A stretch of 64,000 bases of DNA from Methanomassiliicoccales archaeon. GTDB taxonomy: Archaea > Thermoplasmatota > Thermoplasmata > Methanomassiliicoccales > JACIVX01. Positions 8,699 through 18,192 of this stretch are shown here, piece after piece (the first letter of the stretch is position 1; the number at the start of each line of letters is the position of its first letter). The notes below the pieces were generated by a model. It was not told the origin of the DNA and ran no database searches. It saw nothing but the letters and a program-made list of their open reading frames with translations. The stretch covers positions 6,052 to 70,051 of the forward strand of contig JBEKKT010000007.1 of NCBI GenBank assembly GCA_050010535.1, given 5' to 3'. The position numbers were made by a program, and so were the translations under genes.

Positions 8699-9867
8699 TG
8701 AGGGTAATGAGCGCCGATCACGCTGTTGCGCACGGCGTCCGCCTGGCGAGGGCGGAGGTGATCCCTGCCTTCCCAATCACGCCTCAGACCCTGATAGTTG
8801 AGCTACTCTCGGAGTTCATAAACGACGGGGAGCTTGACGCCGACTTCATTCCGGTCGAGAGCGAGCACAGCGCGATGAGCGCAGCGATCGGGGCCTCAGC
8901 AGGCGGCGTGAGGGCCTTCACCGCCACTTCGTCTCAGGGTCTTGCTTTGATGCACGAGATGCTGTACGCGGCACCGCACAATAGATTGCCGGTCGTCATG
9001 GCGAACGTCAATCGCAGCCTCGGTGCGGCGTCGGGAATTTGGTTGGAGTATAACGACTCGATGCCGGAAAGGGAGTCCGGCTGGCTGCAGGTCTACATAG
9101 AGGATAACCAAGAGGCGCTGGACATGACCATTCAGGCATATAGGATCGCAGAGGACAGGGGGGTCATGCTACCGGTCATGGTCTGTCTGGATGGTTTCGT
9201 CCTGTCTCACACGGTCGAAAAGGTCGACCTGCCGGACCAGGATGCCGTGGACAAGTTCCTGCCCAAGTTCTCACCGCTGGACATCCTCGATTCCGAGAGT
9301 CCGAAGACCTTCAACGCCATCACTCCCCCCGATTACGCAATGGAGATGAGATACCGCCTCGAGAGGGCGATAGAGGATTCCAAGAGCGTGATAGGAAAGG
9401 TCGACTCTGAATATGGCCAGTTGACCGGGAGAGAGTACGGTGGACTTTTTGACTCCTATAGGATGGAAGATGCTGAGATCGCCATGATGACCATCGGCAC
9501 TGCAACTAGTACCGCGAAGGTCGTCGTGGACCGATTGAACGAGACGGGGAAGAATACTGGTCTCATCAAGCTCAGGTTCATGCGTCCGTTCCCGGGGAGG
9601 GAGCTGCTCGAGATCACGAAGGATCTGAAAGGCCTTGGCGTGTTTGATAGATCGGTGTCGTTCAACGGATTCGGTCCGGTGTTCACCGAGACGAGGAACG
9701 CGCTCCACTCAGCGCGATTTCCAATAACAAACCACATCGCCGGCCTCGGAGGAAGGGACATCACCTTCGCAGAGGTGAAGGGTATGTTCGACGTCGTCGA
9801 ACGGAGCGCGAGCGGCGAGAGCTTCAAGGAGTGCAACTGGCACGGCCTTAGGGGGGTGACGGTGTGA
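8692..9867 (+). CDS. porA: Pyruvate:ferredoxin oxidoreductase alpha subunit
   Basis: ATG 8692 overlaps the porGD stop. N-terminus MVMRVMSADHAVAHGVRLARAEVIPAFPITPQT is typical of PorA. Confidence 0.92.
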   Translation: MVMRVMSADHAVAHGVRLARAEVIPAFPITPQTLIVELLSEFINDGELDADFIPVESEHSAMSAAIGASAGGVRAFTATSSQGLALMHEMLYAAPHNRLPVVMANVNRSLGAASGIWLEYNDSMPERESGWLQVYIEDNQEALDMTIQAYRIAEDRGVMLPVMVCLDGFVLSHTVEKVDLPDQDAVDKFLPKFSPLDILDSESPKTFNAITPPDYAMEMRYRLERAIEDSKSVIGKVDSEYGQLTGREYGGLFDSYRMEDAEIAMMTIGTATSTAKVVVDRLNETGKNTGLIKLRFMRPFPGRELLEITKDLKGLGVFDRSVSFNGFGPVFTETRNALHSARFPITNHIAGLGGRDITFAEVKGMFDVVERSASGESFKECNWHGLRGVTV

Positions 9868-10835
9868 GCGAGCAGCAGATGAAGACGGTCAAGGACATGC
9901 CTCGAGCGGACTACTTCGTCAGAGGGCACGGGGCGTGTCCGGGGTGCGGAGTGGCGATCGCCGTGAAGAACATCGCGAGGATTATCGGACCTGACGCGAC
10001 GGTCTACGTGCCAGCGAGCTGCCTCATTGTCTTCAGCTCACTGTACCCGACCGCCGCGTTCAAGTGGCCATTCCTTTACACCGCCTTCGAGAACACAGGC
10101 GCGGTCATCTCCGGCATCAAGGCGGCGTACAGGAGGAGGGGAAAGGAGACGACCGTGCTCGGGATGGCCGGAGACGGAGGGACGTTCGACATCGGCCTTC
10201 AGGCCCTGTCTGGCGCAGCGGACAGGAACGAGGATGTGATTTATGTATGCTTGGACAACGAGGCATACATGAATACCGGTATACAAAGAAGCAGCGCGAC
10301 GCCTTTCGGGGCATGGACGACGACAAGCCCGGTCGGAAAGAGAACCCAGGGCAAGAGAGAGTTCAAGAAGGACCTGGGGGCGATCGTCGCAGCGCACGGC
10401 ATCCCGTACATGGCAACACTTTCGATAGCGCACTTCAACGATTTCGTGAAGAAGGTCCAGAGGGCGAAGGAGGTCAAGGGGTTCAGGTTCCTGCATGTCC
10501 TTACGCCATGTGTCCCAGGGTGGAGGTCCGAGGCGGCGAAAAGCGTCGCCATCGCGAGGTTGGCCGTGGAGACCGGCATGTGGACGCTGTACGAGGTTGA
10601 CCACGGCGAGGACAGACTGACCTACAAGCCCAAGATGATGGTGCCGGTCAAGGAGTACCTCCAAATGCAGGGGCGGTTCAGGCACATGAGCGAGGATGAC
10701 ATCCAGAAACTCCAGGCCTGGATATGTGAGAAGTGGAAGCACCACTACTATGAGGAGATACCCGTGCCGCCATGCGGGCTTGAGAAAGGCAGGAAGGAAC
10801 TGATAACCGACGAGGATCCGTTACACGGTATCTGA
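9864..10835 (+). CDS. porB: Pyruvate:ferredoxin oxidoreductase beta subunit (ThDP-binding)
   Basis: GTGA overlap with porA. GHGACPGCG and GDGGTFDIG...LDNEAYMNTG ThDP motifs. Confidence 0.92.
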   Translation: MSEQQMKTVKDMPRADYFVRGHGACPGCGVAIAVKNIARIIGPDATVYVPASCLIVFSSLYPTAAFKWPFLYTAFENTGAVISGIKAAYRRRGKETTVLGMAGDGGTFDIGLQALSGAADRNEDVIYVCLDNEAYMNTGIQRSSATPFGAWTTTSPVGKRTQGKREFKKDLGAIVAAHGIPYMATLSIAHFNDFVKKVQRAKEVKGFRFLHVLTPCVPGWRSEAAKSVAIARLAVETGMWTLYEVDHGEDRLTYKPKMMVPVKEYLQMQGRFRHMSEDDIQKLQAWICEKWKHHYYEEIPVPPCGLEKGRKELITDEDPLHGI

Positions 10836-10905
10836 TGTTGCGGCATAGTACTCTGCAGAAATCGAGCGCTAGGGTTGAGTGACTACGTCGGTATAATCAT
10901 CGCTC

Positions 10906-11525
10906 GTGGGCAGCAAGGAGTATTTCGACAAGGTCGTGAATCAATGGGATGAGATGAGGTCCGGCTTCTTTTCCGAACCGTTGAGAGAGCAAGTTCTCGA
11001 TATTGCCCGTGTCGAGTCTGGAATGATCGCCGTGGACGTCGGTGTCGGAAGCGGGTTCATCACCGAGGGTCTGCTCGGAAGAGGTCTCGCCATCATAGAC
11101 GTGGACCAATCTGAAGCCATGTTGGACGAGCTGAAGAGGAAGTTCACAACGGGCGGGAAGGTTGATTGCAGAATCGGGGACGCGTTGATGTTGCCCGTTC
11201 CAAGCGAATCCGTCGATTATGTTTTCGCCAACACGTGCCTTCATTATGTTGTCTCTTCTGCTCTGGCTGTCAAGGAGATGGCTAGGGTGGTGAAGCCAGG
11301 AGCAAAGGGGGTCATGACCGATCTCGAGGAGCACGATTTCGGATTCCTGAGGGAGAAACAGCACACCGGTGGATGGGCCTCAAGAAGGAATCCGTGATGA
11401 GGTGGCTCATGGGCGCGGAATTGAAAGGAGTCTCTGTCAGAACGTGCGACAGGTGCCACGCGTGATCGAGCTGCCGACACGACACAGCCGACATAGCGAT
11501 TTTCGTTGCGATCGACAAGAAATGA
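10906..11525 (+). pseudogene. Class I SAM-dependent methyltransferase, disrupted (-1 frameshift near 11362-11366 and in-frame TGA at 11463)
   Basis: Motif I VDVGVGSGF is in frame 1. After ...FLREKQH the family-like sequence HRWMGLKKESVMRWLMGAELKGVSV continues in the -1 frame at the CACAC run. Past TGA 11463 the same frame still reads SSCRHDTADIAIFVAIDKK, then TGA 11523. Confidence 0.6.
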
Positions 11526-11624
11526 TCACGGAATTCTCTTCCTTCTCTTGGAATGATTTGCGCTGCGTCGGTTTGGCCAGTATCGCGTTTCCATCGCGGA
11601 TGTCTGGCAAGCCGGAACAAACCT

Positions 11625-11632
11625 TTTATATC
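11625..11632 (+). promoter_or_regulatory. TATA-box-like element upstream of rpl7ae
   Basis: TTTTATAT about 80 nt upstream of ATG 11712, implying a 5' UTR of about 55 nt. Confidence 0.4.
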
Positions 11633-11659
11633 ACTACTACTTTGTGCTCGTTTGCTCTT

Positions 11660-11696
11660 CTGAGCCGATGAATGATGACGATGTGCATAACATCGG
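11660..11696 (+). promoter_or_regulatory. C/D-box-like (CUGA ... UGAUGA) k-turn/k-loop candidate in the rpl7ae 5' UTR
   Basis: CTGA (11660-11663), a 9-nt spacer, then TGATGA (11673-11678). CCGATG (11665-11670) is complementary to CATCGG (11691-11696), which abuts the SD GGAAGGAGGT. Confidence 0.35.
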
Positions 11697-11711
11697 AAGG
11701 AGGTATTCACA

Positions 11712-12083
11712 ATGGCAAAGCCAATCTATGTTCGGTTTGAGATGCCGAAGGAACTTCAGGATAAAGCTTACGAGATCGTCGAAGTTGCAAGGGACACTGG
11801 GAAGGTCAAGAAAGGGTCCAATGAGGTAACGAAGTTGGTCGAGCGAGGAGAGACGGTTCTGGTCGTCATGGCCGAAGACGTCCAGCCCCCGGAGATACTC
11901 GCTCATCTCCCTTTTCTTTGCGAGGAGAGGAACATCGCATACGCCTACGTTCCAAGCAAGGCGGAGCTCGGAAATGCTTCAGGCCTTGAAAAGCCCACGG
12001 CCGCGGTGGCGATCGTCGATATCGGCAAAGGCAAGCCGCTGCTCGAGAACTTGAACGAGCAGGTCAAGAAGCTGAAGAAGTAG
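11712..12083 (+). CDS. rpl7ae: Ribosomal protein L7Ae
   Basis: 123 aa. [29 protein letters not shown]...AYAYVPSK are canonical L7Ae motifs. Confidence 0.96.
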   Translation: MAKPIYVRFEMPKELQDKAYEIVEVARDTGKVKKGSNEVTKLVERGETVLVVMAEDVQPPEILAHLPFLCEERNIAYAYVPSKAELGNASGLEKPTAAVAIVDIGKGKPLLENLNEQVKKLKK

Positions 12084-12092
12084 GTGCGGTAA

Positions 12093-12305
12093 ATGGCAGA
12101 TGATGAGAGCATACCCTCAGAGGTCGTCGAGGTCATCGGGAGGACAGGGATGACCGGTGAGGCCACCCAGGTGAAGGTCCGAGTGCTGGAAGGCCGGGAC
12201 AAGGGAAGGATCATCACCAGGAATATAATGGGCCCGGTCCGCATGGGCGACATTCTCATGCTGAGGGAAACATCCAGAGAAGCTCGAAAGCTCTCTATCA
12301 GGTGA
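12093..12305 (+). CDS. rps28e: Ribosomal protein S28e
   Basis: 70 aa. [47 protein letters not shown]. Confidence 0.95.
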   Translation: MADDESIPSEVVEVIGRTGMTGEATQVKVRVLEGRDKGRIITRNIMGPVRMGDILMLRETSREARKLSIR

Positions 12306-12327
12306 GCGCCGATACAGAGGTGCGATC

Positions 12328-12696
12328 ATGGTCGAGCGAAGGATTTGTTCATTTTGCGGGAACGAGATCGAACCGGGCACTGGTAAGATGTATGTCAAGA
12401 AGGACGGTACGGTGTACTCGTTCTGCACGCACAAGTGCTACGAGAACATGATACAGCTGAGGCGGATCCCGAGGAGGACCCTGTGGACCAGACATGCTAG
12501 GAAAGAGAGGGTCGAGCCGTCGAAGGAAGCCGCGATCGCTCCAGAGGAAGCACCCATAGAGGAGCCTAAGGCCGAGGTTAAGGAGGCCGGGAAGTCAGAG
12601 GCTCCGAAGGAAGCCGAAGCGGAGAAGCCGGCGAAGAAGGCTAAGAAAGTAAAGAAGGCAGCCCCGTCCGAAGCGAAGAAGAAATCCGAGGGGTGA
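12328..12696 (+). CDS. rpl24e: Ribosomal protein L24e with a long Lys/Glu/Ala/Pro-rich C-terminal tail
   Basis: [31 protein letters not shown] zinc-ribbon core, then a low-complexity extension of about 60 aa. Confidence 0.9.
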   Translation: MVERRICSFCGNEIEPGTGKMYVKKDGTVYSFCTHKCYENMIQLRRIPRRTLWTRHARKERVEPSKEAAIAPEEAPIEEPKAEVKEAGKSEAPKEAEAEKPAKKAKKVKKAAPSEAKKKSEG

Positions 12697-12703
12697 GCTA
12701 AAT

Positions 12704-13156
12704 ATGATCGAGCGCACGTTCGTAATGCTCAAGCCCGACGCTATCCAGCGCGGTCTGATTGGCGAGATTGTCGGGCGGTTGGAGGCAAGAGGTTTCAAAC
12801 CTGTCGCCATGAAGCTGGTGCACATCCCGAAGGAGGTCGCTGAGAGGCATTACGCGGAACACAAGGGAAAGAGCTTCTTCAAGCCGCTCGTGGAATACAT
12901 TACGTCTGGGCCGGTCCTGTGCATGGTCTGGGAAGGGGAGAACATTATAGTCGCCCTCAGGACGATGATGGGCAAGACGAATCCCCAGGACGCAGCGCCA
13001 GGGACGATCAGGGGTGACCTGGCGCAGCAGACGGGTCGTAACATCATTCACGGCTCCGACTCTTCCGAATCGGCAAGAAGGGAGATCGGTCTGTTCTTCA
13101 ACGACTATGAGCTCCAGGAGCACACGAGGTCCATCGATCCCTGGCTCTTCGAATGA
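12704..13156 (+). CDS. ndk: Nucleoside diphosphate kinase
   Basis: [18 protein letters not shown]...NIIHGSDS (active-site His motif). Confidence 0.96.
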   Translation: MIERTFVMLKPDAIQRGLIGEIVGRLEARGFKPVAMKLVHIPKEVAERHYAEHKGKSFFKPLVEYITSGPVLCMVWEGENIIVALRTMMGKTNPQDAAPGTIRGDLAQQTGRNIIHGSDSSESARREIGLFFNDYELQEHTRSIDPWLFE

Positions 13157-13158
13157 TC

Positions 13159-13202
13159 GTTTGCTTTTGCTCTCGTTTTCTTCTTTCATCTTGTTCTTTG
13201 TC
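13159..13202 (+). terminator. T-rich tract after ndk (archaeal oligo-T terminator candidate)
   Basis: CGTTTGCTTTTGCTCTCGTTTTCTTCTTTCATCTTGTTCTTTG immediately after the ndk TGA. Confidence 0.4.
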
Positions 13203-13292
13203 GTAGAGGACCAGTTGTGCGATTCTTGAAACCGAATGTGAGCAGAATCATCCAGATGTCGCGCTAAGAAAAATACTAATAAGCAATCCCTC

Positions 13293-15053
13293 ATGCGATA
13301 CGCGATGGCGATCAGACAGCCAATAGTGAGCGTGTTGGGCCATGTCGACCATGGCAAGACCAGCCTGCTCGATTACATCAGAGGCAGCACGGTGGTCGAG
13401 AGGGAGGCGGGTCTGATCACGCAACACATCGGGGCGACGGAGGTCCCGATCAAGCACATCTACGAGGTCTGCGCGGACCTGATTGGAGAGAAGAAGTTCT
13501 CAGTCCCAGGATTGCTTTTCATTGATACACCGGGCCATCAGTCCTTCACGTCGCTGAGGGCTCGTGGGGGCTCCCTAGCGGACCTCGCGGTCTTGGTCGT
13601 CGACGTAAGAGAGGGCATGAAGCCTCAGACGGTTGAGTCTCTGAGTATCCTCAAGCGATTCAAGACGCCGTTCGTCGTGGCGTTGAACAAGATTGATCTG
13701 ATACCTGGTTGGATCTCCCATCCCGACAAGCCGTTCGTGCTGTCTTTGAGGGACCAAAATGAAGACATCAAAGCGGAACTGGACAACAACCTGTACAATC
13801 TGTCTGCCAGGCTCCATCATGAGCGTATATCGGCGGAAAGATATGACCGGATCGACGACTTTACAAAGAATTTCGCCATAGTCCCTGTAAGCGCGAAGAG
13901 TGGGGAAGGAGTGCCGGATCTCCTTCTTGTCTTAATTGGTTTGGCTCAACGCTTCCTTGAGAACGAGCTCAACACCGAAGAGGGCCCGGGGAGGGGCACG
14001 ATTCTCGAGGTCAAGGAGGAGAGGGGTCTGGGTCCGGCGCTGGACGTCATCATCTACTCCGGGACGATTGCCAGGGGTGACACCGTAGCTCTTGGGACGA
14101 CATCGAAGCCGCTCGTGACGAAGGTGAAAGCGGTCTTGAAGCCCAAACCCTTGGATGAGATAAGGGATCCGAGGGAGAAGTTCGACTCGGTCAAGGAGGT
14201 CTCCGCTGCCGCGGGCGTGAAGGTGCTTTGTCAGAGTCTTGAAGGCGTCGTGGCAGGAGCTCCTTTGAAGGTCATCATGGGCGACAAGGACGAGGTCTTG
14301 AATGAGATCGAGGAGGAGACAAGGCTCAGCATCCCGACGAGCGATATAGGGATTATGATCAAGGCCGACGCGATCGGGTCCCTCGAGGCCCTAGCATACG
14401 AGGCGCAGAACGCGAACATTCCGATAAGGAAGTTCGAGGTCGGCGCGATATCCCGAAGGGACATCGTCGAGACCTCCTCATACACGGATCCTCTCCATAA
14501 AGCGATACTCGGTTTCAACATCGGACTGCTTCCCGAGGCGAGGGAAGCAATTCTGACTTATGGAACGAAGGTATTCACCAACGATGTCCTCTATAGACTT
14601 TTCGAGGATTACCAAAAGTGGGTCGAGGGGCAGAAGAGGGAGATCGAGGCGTCGAAGCGCTCGGAGTTTGCGTTCCCGGGAAAGGTGAGGATCCTTCCCG
14701 ACTGCGTGTTCCGGGTCAGCAAGCCCGCGATCGTCGGCGTGAGGGTCCTGTCCGGAAGGATCCGCCCGGGTCAGACACTCATCTCTGTCGACGGCCGCGA
14801 TATCGGCAAGATTAGAAGCATAAGGTCCGGCGAAGATGCGCTGAAAGAGGCGATCATGGGAGCTGAGGTCGCGATCGGGATCGAAGGCGCAACCGTCGGG
14901 AGGCAGATCAACGTAGAGGACATCCTATACGTCGGGATTCCCGAGTCCAAGGTGAAGGACCTTGAGAATTTCGAGCTAAATGCTGATGAAAAGATGACGC
15001 TCGAGGAACTGCTGAGGATCAAGAGGAAGGACGACCGATTCTGGGGAATGTAG
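13293..15053 (+). CDS. infB: Translation initiation factor aIF5B (IF2-type GTPase)
   Basis: 586 aa. [21 protein letters not shown] GTPase motifs. Sits in the conserved position after ndk. Confidence 0.95.
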   Translation: MRYAMAIRQPIVSVLGHVDHGKTSLLDYIRGSTVVEREAGLITQHIGATEVPIKHIYEVCADLIGEKKFSVPGLLFIDTPGHQSFTSLRARGGSLADLAVLVVDVREGMKPQTVESLSILKRFKTPFVVALNKIDLIPGWISHPDKPFVLSLRDQNEDIKAELDNNLYNLSARLHHERISAERYDRIDDFTKNFAIVPVSAKSGEGVPDLLLVLIGLAQRFLENELNTEEGPGRGTILEVKEERGLGPALDVIIYSGTIARGDTVALGTTSKPLVTKVKAVLKPKPLDEIRDPREKFDSVKEVSAAAGVKVLCQSLEGVVAGAPLKVIMGDKDEVLNEIEEETRLSIPTSDIGIMIKADAIGSLEALAYEAQNANIPIRKFEVGAISRRDIVETSSYTDPLHKAILGFNIGLLPEAREAILTYGTKVFTNDVLYRLFEDYQKWVEGQKREIEASKRSEFAFPGKVRILPDCVFRVSKPAIVGVRVLSGRIRPGQTLISVDGRDIGKIRSIRSGEDALKEAIMGAEVAIGIEGATVGRQINVEDILYVGIPESKVKDLENFELNADEKMTLEELLRIKRKDDRFWGM

Positions 15054-15176
15054 GAATTTCGGGACTTGCGGCGACTGCCTCGAATTGCGTGATTAAGACG
15101 ATTGTCTGGTGCCTGGTCATTCACCAAAAGTTATTTAACGGGAACTACATTAGGGCCATACTCACAGGTGTTTGGA

Positions 15177-15569
15177 ATGGTTGAATTCAAAGCTGTGATC
15201 AACGACGTCAAAAGCGGAAGATCGTACCAGGTCGCTGTCTCGGGCCATCATGCGAATTCTCTCATTGGCAGAAAGATCGGCGACGTTGTGGACGGTATAT
15301 TCGTCGGTCTTCCGGGATACAAACTCATGATCACCGGAGGCAGCGATAAGGATGGATTCCCGATGAGGCACGATCTTCCAGGACCCAGGAGGACCAAGAT
15401 CCTCATCTCCAAGGGCGTTGGCTTCAAGTCTGCTGAGAAGGGATTGAGGGCCAAGAAGATGGTCAGAGGAAACACGATCTCGCCGGAGACAGTACAGATA
15501 AACATGAAGGTCAAGGCCCAGGGGTCGAAACCCATCGAGGATCTGATAAAGAAAGAGGAAACCAAATGA
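15177..15569 (+). CDS. rps6e: Ribosomal protein S6e
   Basis: The [19 protein letters not shown] start has an AGGTG SD 7 nt upstream and TTATTTAA at 15131-15138. [11 protein letters not shown] motif. Confidence 0.9.
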   Translation: MVEFKAVINDVKSGRSYQVAVSGHHANSLIGRKIGDVVDGIFVGLPGYKLMITGGSDKDGFPMRHDLPGPRRTKILISKGVGFKSAEKGLRAKKMVRGNTISPETVQINMKVKAQGSKPIEDLIKKEETK

Positions 15570-16798
15570 AGGTTCCGATTCAGCCTGAGGTCAACATCGG
15601 GATGATCGGTCATGTCGACCATGGCAAGACCACCCTGACCAAGGCACTGAGCGGAGAGTGGACGGATCGGCATTCCGAGGAGATCAAGCGGGGCATCTCC
15701 ATACGATTGGGCTACGCAGACGTTGCATTCTACAAGTGTCCCGACTGCGATCCTCCGAAAGCCTACACGAACGAGCCGACCTGCAAGGGGTGCGGCGGCA
15801 AGGCGGAATTCCTGAGGGCGGTGTCCTTCGTCGACGCGCCTGGCCACGAGACCCTGATGGCAACGATGCTGTCCGGGGCGGCGATGATGCACGGCGCTCT
15901 TCTTCTGATAGCGGCGAACGAGCCTTGCCCCCAGCCTCAGACGAAGGAGCACTTAATGGCGCTGACAATAATTGGCGTCGACAAGATCATCATCGTTCAG
16001 AACAAGATCGATCTGGTCAGCAGGGAGGAAGCCTTGGAGAACTATCGCCAGATCAAGGCGTTCGTGAAGGGTACAATCGCAGAGAACGCGCCGGTCATAC
16101 CGGTTTCGGCACATCATGATGTGAACATCGACAAGCTGATCGAAGCGATCGAGACCTACATGCCCTCGCCGAAGTTCGACTCGAAGAAGCCGTCGAGGAT
16201 GTACGTTGCCAGATCGTTCGATATCAACACTCCCGGATCGTCTCCGGAGACTCTCAAAGGGGGCGTTCTTGGCGGGACGCTGATGCAAGGCATCCTTCAG
16301 ATAGGGGACGAGATTGAGGTGAGCCCGGGGAGAAAGGTCGAGAGCGGCGGCAAGGCAAGTTGGGAGCCGATATCGACTACGGTCGAATCCCTCCACGCCG
16401 GAGCGACCGAACTGGAGAAGGCCAAGCCAGGCGGATTGATCGCCATCGGGACGAAGCTCGATCCGGCCTTGACGAAATCGGACGGACTGACGGGCAGGGT
16501 CGTCGGAAAGCCAGGGACGCTGCCTCCGATGCTCCACAAGTTCAAGATGTCGACGCATCTTCTGGAGAGGGTCGTGGGCACGGCGGAGGGCTTGGCGGTC
16601 GAGAACATCAAGACGAACGAGCCGCTTATGCTCAGCATCGGGACCGCTACGACCGTAGGGATAGTCACGAGTGCTAGGGAGGAGACCTCCGAAGTCTCCC
16701 TGAAAATACCAGTGTGCGCGGAAGAGAATCAGAGGGTCGCCATCTCTAGGAAGATATCTGGGAAATGGCGTCTGATCGGCTATGGCGTCATCGAGTGA
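15566..16798 (+). CDS. eif2g: Translation initiation factor aIF2 gamma subunit
   Basis: ATGA overlap with rps6e. [11 protein letters not shown], zinc knuckle CPDC...CKGCG, DAPGH, NKIDLV. Confidence 0.96.
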   Translation: MKVPIQPEVNIGMIGHVDHGKTTLTKALSGEWTDRHSEEIKRGISIRLGYADVAFYKCPDCDPPKAYTNEPTCKGCGGKAEFLRAVSFVDAPGHETLMATMLSGAAMMHGALLLIAANEPCPQPQTKEHLMALTIIGVDKIIIVQNKIDLVSREEALENYRQIKAFVKGTIAENAPVIPVSAHHDVNIDKLIEAIETYMPSPKFDSKKPSRMYVARSFDINTPGSSPETLKGGVLGGTLMQGILQIGDEIEVSPGRKVESGGKASWEPISTTVESLHAGATELEKAKPGGLIAIGTKLDPALTKSDGLTGRVVGKPGTLPPMLHKFKMSTHLLERVVGTAEGLAVENIKTNEPLMLSIGTATTVGIVTSAREETSEVSLKIPVCAEENQRVAISRKISGKWRLIGYGVIE

Positions 16799-17165
16799 TA
16801 CCGGCAGAGGCCGGAAGGTCGTTCTCGACACGAACGCGCTGTTGATGCCTTTCGAATTCTCACTGAATCTTGACTTTGAACTGCGCGGTCTTCTCGGCGA
16901 CTACGAAATCCTGGTCCCGGGGCCCGTGGTTGGGGAGCTCAAGCGTTCGAAGAGCAGGTTCGCCAGGGCGGCCTTGGAATTCTCAAGGAGATACAGCATC
17001 GTCGAGACGGAGAAGCAGGGCGATGACGGGGTCGCTGACGTGGCTGCCAGACTCGGCGCGTTCGTTCTGACAAATGACGTTGAGCTTCAGCGCAAGTTGA
17101 GGAAGATGAAGATCAAGACGATCCGTTTAAGATCCCGAAGTCACCTTGTTCTGGACGAGGACTAA
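16782..17165 (+). CDS. PIN-domain nuclease (Fcf1/Utp24-like) conserved next to aIF2-gamma
   Basis: [14 protein letters not shown]...[12 protein letters not shown] is a PIN signature. The gene position after eif2g is typical of archaea. Confidence 0.7.
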   Translation: MASSSDTGRGRKVVLDTNALLMPFEFSLNLDFELRGLLGDYEILVPGPVVGELKRSKSRFARAALEFSRRYSIVETEKQGDDGVADVAARLGAFVLTNDVELQRKLRKMKIKTIRLRSRSHLVLDED

Positions 17166-17980
17166 ATCAGGGGTCGGGGCACGTCCGCAGAATCGTTTGA
17201 CTTGCTTGCGCCTGTCTCTTTTAGTCTCCCTCCGACTATTTTCTTGCCAAGTTCTGTCATGGCAAAGACAGGTATCTTCTTTCCTGCCTGAAGCAGTGAT
17301 TTCTCAGGCGCGAGCTCTCGAATCCATTTTGAGGCACACGCCGTCACCACGTCGCATTCCTCCAATAGGCCCTCGGTCTCTTTCTTGCTCACGCCGCTTG
17401 TGTGGACTGCAAAGAGGACGACATGGTCCCCGAAGCGCTTTCTGATTCGTTTTGCCTCTCGGGAGGCCACGAGAGTCACGCCAATCATCTTGAACCCAAG
17501 TCTTATGGCCAGCCCGGTACCTTCGAATTGGTCTATCCTTCCGGTTTCGGGGTCAAGGACCCTCTCTCTTCCGATGCAATCCACGACCTCCATGTACGGG
17601 GTCGTTTCCGTAATGCCCGACACCCGACCACCGATCCCTTGAATCAGTTCCGGATCGGTGACGACAGCTGTGCCTGCGCCGTCACAGACGACGACAGCGC
17701 AGTCCAGGAATCCCTTGGAGACCGCCATCGCCATCAACTCCGAGATGCCGAATGTGAGGAAATCCCTCATTCTCAGCTCCCGCCTGGGCGTGCACATGCC
17801 GAAATCCTTGATGCGGAAGGCAATGTTCTTCTGGACGATCTCTGGTGTGATCTTCTCGATGCCGCGGTACTTGTTGAAAAGTGGACAGTACTCGACGCGA
17901 GGGACGCCGATTTCCGTGACCTTTCCGTTCTCTATGACGACCCTAGTCCGGCCGAGTGCTTCGACGACATGCCTGTCCAC
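17162..17980 (-). CDS. Conserved Cys-rich protein, DUF2099 / methanogenesis-marker-8-like (assignment from memory)
   Basis: 272 aa with YCPLF, FGMCT, VVVCDGAGT, GIGGRVSG and TACASK motifs. The family call needs HMM confirmation. Confidence 0.45.
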   Translation of the reverse strand: MDRHVVEALGRTRVVIENGKVTEIGVPRVEYCPLFNKYRGIEKITPEIVQKNIAFRIKDFGMCTPRRELRMRDFLTFGISELMAMAVSKGFLDCAVVVCDGAGTAVVTDPELIQGIGGRVSGITETTPYMEVVDCIGRERVLDPETGRIDQFEGTGLAIRLGFKMIGVTLVASREAKRIRKRFGDHVVLFAVHTSGVSKKETEGLLEECDVVTACASKWIRELAPEKSLLQAGKKIPVFAMTELGKKIVGGRLKETGASKSNDSADVPRPLI

Positions 17981-18192
17981 GTGCTCACCTTTTCCTTTTT
18001 TCAGCCAATCAGGGTTCTCCTACATAAAACGGTCGAAAGACGGCGTTCAAGGAGCCGAAATTCTCAGAAACCGCGTAGGCTGTTTGTGTTCTCCCTAACC
18101 TGTGAAACAATTATATACGAAGGGATGGAATCGAACAATCGTCAACCGGGATTCAAAGTGCCGCCATATGAGATTGATGGGATTGGCGAAGC

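Noticed and set aside
11463-11465. In-frame TGA in the methyltransferase (CHA-TGA-SSC context) as a possible selenocysteine codon
   Set aside because: The gene also carries a frameshift. TGA is the common stop codon throughout the window. I saw no SECIS-like hairpin, and the lineage is not one known to use Sec. A pseudogene or sequence error is more parsimonious.
11394-11480. GTGATGA at 11394 as the C box of a C/D sRNA
   Set aside because: No properly spaced D', C' and D boxes follow, and the motif lies inside the methyltransferase coding remnant.
15248-16831. 234-aa and 292-aa minus-strand ORFs opposite rps6e and eif2g
   Set aside because: These are shadow ORFs opposite genes with canonical GTPase and ribosomal-protein motifs.
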